Shown: positions 61,152 through 64,000 of the stretch, piece after piece
How the letters are laid out: every line of letters starts with the position of its first letter
Position numbering within the stretch: position 1 is the stretch's first letter
DNA from: Minisyncoccota bacterium
Lineage (GTDB): Bacteria; Patescibacteriota; Minisyncoccia; UBA6257; XYB1-36-10
Direction: 5' to 3'
Length of the DNA: 64,000 bases
Assembly (NCBI GenBank): GCA_041651415.1
Contig: JBAZJH010000001.1
Location: forward strand, 11,374 to 75,373
Translations under genes and position numbers: made by a program
Notes under the pieces: model-generated
What the model saw: only the letters and a program-made list of their open reading frames with translations
The model's database searches: none
What the model was told of the DNA's origin: nothing

Positions 61152-62126
61152 ATGCCAAGGCATTCTTCTACAGAAATTAATTATCAGAATTTAATTACCC
61201 AATATCCTTGGGTAGTTGAACGAGAGCAAAACTGCATTATAAGTCCAGACAGCGACGGACTTCTCTGTGGCCTACTAATGTCTCATTATCTTGGATGGCA
61301 AATAAGAGGATTTTATGATGGAAAGGTTTTTGCGGTTGAAGACGGAATAAATCCGAAAGATTGCATTTTTTTAGATATGGAAATTTTCCGCTCCGATATA
61401 CGAAGTGTCGGCCAACATATGGTTATGTATGATAAGGATGATCTGCCTCCAAATTGGAGCAATTTTCAGAAATGTATTGCGGCAAACAATTTAAGAAATT
61501 ATGATTTCAAAAATGATTTTAAGTTAAAGTACCCACTAGGAACAGTTCATATGTTGTTGTCAATTTTGGGGCAAAACCAAACCATGGCGATTCCCAAAAG
61601 CGCAGTAGCGCCACTTCTTTACACTGACGGAACATTTAAAAATCAGTTTAATTATCCTGAAAATTGCTTGAGTTGGTTAGATTTTTTGGGCGCAAATGAT
61701 GTAAATAATCCTCTACAAAAAATATTTTTAGATAGACATTATTCGACGTATGAGTTGATGAATGAACTAAAAGATTTGTTTGCAGAAATCAATACAATAG
61801 GTGGCGGAAAGCGTGGCGGTGACAAAATTAAAATATCTGACTCAAGGGGTAATATTGTAAACATTGACTCGCGAACGCGCTTGTTAAAACCAGCAACCAA
61901 AGCACAGGCAGAGGAATTTTTAAGAATGCTTGCAAATAAAACGGGATGGGATTTTATGCCCACCCATTGGTCATGGGGTCCTTATCAAACGATTCGGTTT
62001 AGAAAGGGTAGTGTAAAACCGGGTAAGGCGCGGTATAACGCACTTCTTGCTCAAAATCCGATATCGCTCGCGATTATCAGCCGTAACAGTATTGAATATA
62101 CTATAGACGGCAACAGAGTTTTCTAA
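61152..62126 (+). CDS. Uncharacterised protein with DHH-like N-terminal motifs
   Basis: SPDSDGLLCG, FLDM, GQH, YTDG. Confidence 0.6.
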   Translation: MPRHSSTEINYQNLITQYPWVVEREQNCIISPDSDGLLCGLLMSHYLGWQIRGFYDGKVFAVEDGINPKDCIFLDMEIFRSDIRSVGQHMVMYDKDDLPPNWSNFQKCIAANNLRNYDFKNDFKLKYPLGTVHMLLSILGQNQTMAIPKSAVAPLLYTDGTFKNQFNYPENCLSWLDFLGANDVNNPLQKIFLDRHYSTYELMNELKDLFAEINTIGGGKRGGDKIKISDSRGNIVNIDSRTRLLKPATKAQAEEFLRMLANKTGWDFMPTHWSWGPYQTIRFRKGSVKPGKARYNALLAQNPISLAIISRNSIEYTIDGNRVF

Positions 62127-63577
62127 AGTAACTTGTTTTGTGCTACTTGCACGCACTCTTCTTTCATGCGTTTTTCTGCGATTGCGCAGTATTCGGGGGC
62201 AAGATCAATGCCGATGTATTTATAACCCAGGTTTTTTGCAGCAACGGTTGTAGTTCCACTTCCGACAAAGGGGTCAAGAACAACTCCATCTTTTGGCGCA
62301 AAGCAGCTTATAAAATCATACGGAAGCTGATTCGGAAAAGTGGCGGGGTGTTGATGCTTAAGACGGCTTCCGTCGCCGGCCGTAAGATATTCCCAAATTG
62401 TACCGCGACACTTCATCGGATTGATTTTGATTGAACGAGTTGCAATTCGAATACCATTCGTAAGACGAGTGCCGCCACCAGTCATCGTTTTTCCGCCATG
62501 TTTAGATGGAATTTTTAAATGTTCTTTATTGAAATGCTGAGGTCTCTCGCCCTTTAAAAAAATAGGAATATATTCGTGATCTACACGAAAACGTTTATTC
62601 CACCAAGCTCCCTCTGCTCCATATTTTCGGTAAATTACTGTCTCAAAGAGTTTGAAGCCGAAGCTATCGCACCAGTCAATAATAGTTTTGAAAGAAGTTA
62701 AGGATTTGCCGAAGTTTTTTGTCTGATCTTGAATAACCATAACGGCCACTCCGCCATCCTTGAGGATGCGATGTATCTCTTTTCCTGCAGAATGTAAATC
62801 AAGAGAAAATCCTTTGTAGTCGCGGACAGCGTCGTATGGCGGAGAAGTAACTACAATATCAATCGAATTCGATGGAAATTTTTTCATTACTTCTATTGCA
62901 TCTCCACGAATAATTTTATTAACTGGCAATTCCTTATATTTTTCTTGCTTCTTAAATTTCGGAAGTTGGATTCCCGCAGCGCCTTCTTCGCGAATAACAT
63001 CCAGTACAATCCCTTGTACTGATACATCTTGTCTATTTCTAAAGATAAGTGGCTCCATAGTTTTATTGGCGGGTTGTAACCGAATATGTCCCCTCTCTTT
63101 ATAAAATTTCTTTAGTGTGGCTTCGTGATTATCTATGAGCGCAACTACTTTTTGTCCATTTTCCGCCGTTTCCTGTTGTTTGACTAGAACAATGTCTCCG
63201 TCGTTGATATTTTCATCAATCATACTTTCACCGACAACGCGGAGAGCGTAAACTTTCGCAGATGGGGGAATTTTGGATTTTGGAACAGCGATTGTTTCTT
63301 TGTTTTGAATCGCTTCTATCGGTTGCCCGGCGGCAATAGTACCAAGCAGAGGAATTTTTATCATTGTTTCTCTGCTGGTTGCTTCAATGGCGCGAGGGTG
63401 GTTTTCTTTTTTGGAAAGTAGCCCTAAATTTTGAAGTTTGGAGACATGGAAATGAGCAGTTGAAACAGATGCGAGTTTAAATTTCTTTCGAATCTCATCA
63501 AGAGAGGGAGCATATCCCTTTCGTTTCTGATAATTAGTTATAAAATCTAGGACTTGCTTTTGCTTTTTTGTCACCAT
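62123..63577 (-). CDS. lexA: LexA repressor fused to beta-class DNA methyltransferase
   Basis: PSLDEI HTH, IAAGQP cleavage site, GESM/TLKK peptidase dyad; then TSPPY (motif IV), HPATFP and DPFVGSGTT (motif I). Confidence 0.9.
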   Translation of the reverse strand: MVTKKQKQVLDFITNYQKRKGYAPSLDEIRKKFKLASVSTAHFHVSKLQNLGLLSKKENHPRAIEATSRETMIKIPLLGTIAAGQPIEAIQNKETIAVPKSKIPPSAKVYALRVVGESMIDENINDGDIVLVKQQETAENGQKVVALIDNHEATLKKFYKERGHIRLQPANKTMEPLIFRNRQDVSVQGIVLDVIREEGAAGIQLPKFKKQEKYKELPVNKIIRGDAIEVMKKFPSNSIDIVVTSPPYDAVRDYKGFSLDLHSAGKEIHRILKDGGVAVMVIQDQTKNFGKSLTSFKTIIDWCDSFGFKLFETVIYRKYGAEGAWWNKRFRVDHEYIPIFLKGERPQHFNKEHLKIPSKHGGKTMTGGGTRLTNGIRIATRSIKINPMKCRGTIWEYLTAGDGSRLKHQHPATFPNQLPYDFISCFAPKDGVVLDPFVGSGTTTVAAKNLGYKYIGIDLAPEYCAIAEKRMKEECVQVAQNKLL

Positions 63578-63627
63578 ATTGATATTATAGAAAATAAATA
63601 GAAAGTATAAAAGTACTAGTTATCCCC

Positions 63628-64000
63628 ATGAAAGAAAAACTAGAAATATTTCAAATACTTCGAGAATTAAAAGGATTGGAATGGCCATCGAGGTGGGGCG
63701 GCATTCTCTATGCTTTAGTTATTTTTCTGCTTTCTTATGCGGTTATAATTGTTTTTGCTAATACTGGCGTTGTTTTCAGTCATTATTGGATAATTAGTAT
63801 CTTTCTTGGCTTACAATTTATCCATGCGATTGCTTGGTTTATAAAGCGAAATTTTTTTTATGATTCAAGTACATTAACTGTCGCTTTTGCAGTTACTACA
63901 GAAGAAACTTCACAAAAGTACTATAAAGAAATCAAAAAAAAATTTAGAGAACAAGTTGTTAGTTATAAATTGCAGGATGATATAAAGATTAAAGAACTTC
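63628..64000 (+). CDS. Membrane protein, 3' truncated by window end
   Basis: MKEKLEIF.. open to window end; two TM segments. Confidence 0.6.
   Translation, partial: MKEKLEIFQILRELKGLEWPSRWGGILYALVIFLLSYAVIIVFANTGVVFSHYWIISIFLGLQFIHAIAWFIKRNFFYDSSTLTVAFAVTTEETSQKYYKEIKKKFREQVVSYKLQDDIKIKEL

Noticed and set aside
63620-63628. DnaA-box-like TTATCCCCA / replication origin
   Set aside because: Single imperfect box, no cluster and no dnaA nearby

Overview
64 kb of an AT-rich, + strand-biased chromosome from a Patescibacteria (CPR, Parcubacteria-like) genome. The assignment rests on a divergent, unlinked 16S rRNA, compact housekeeping genes and typical CPR surface proteins. The backbone holds prfA, rpmE, rplS, recO, glyQS, metG, tatD, leuS, grpE-dnaK, pth, lepB, hisS, rpsU, ybeY, ftsA-ftsZ, pyk and six tRNAs. 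Small islands sit beside tRNA-Ser(TGA) (HNH-like + HEPN-like genes), beside tRNA-Asn (a repeated-domain gene pair) and at the right end (HTH, DHH-like gene, LexA-methyltransferase fusion). The most striking signals are non-coding. (i) The 16S has lost its anti-Shine-Dalgarno tail and carries three homologous ~100-nt insertions. (ii) Housekeeping genes lack SD sequences, while about 10 stand-alone orphan cassettes have a promoter, a strong SD and usually a boxA-like motif and terminator; two of them are ~0.5-kb highly structured RNAs with SD-led mini-ORFs. (iii) A 7-copy dispersed hairpin element with a conserved GGGCTAATC(G/A)CCA loop and an SD/anti-SD-like tract lies mostly next to those cassettes. 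Together these suggest an undescribed RNA-based translation-initiation or host-interaction system. This is a hypothesis from manual reading only; no searches or folding programs were run.
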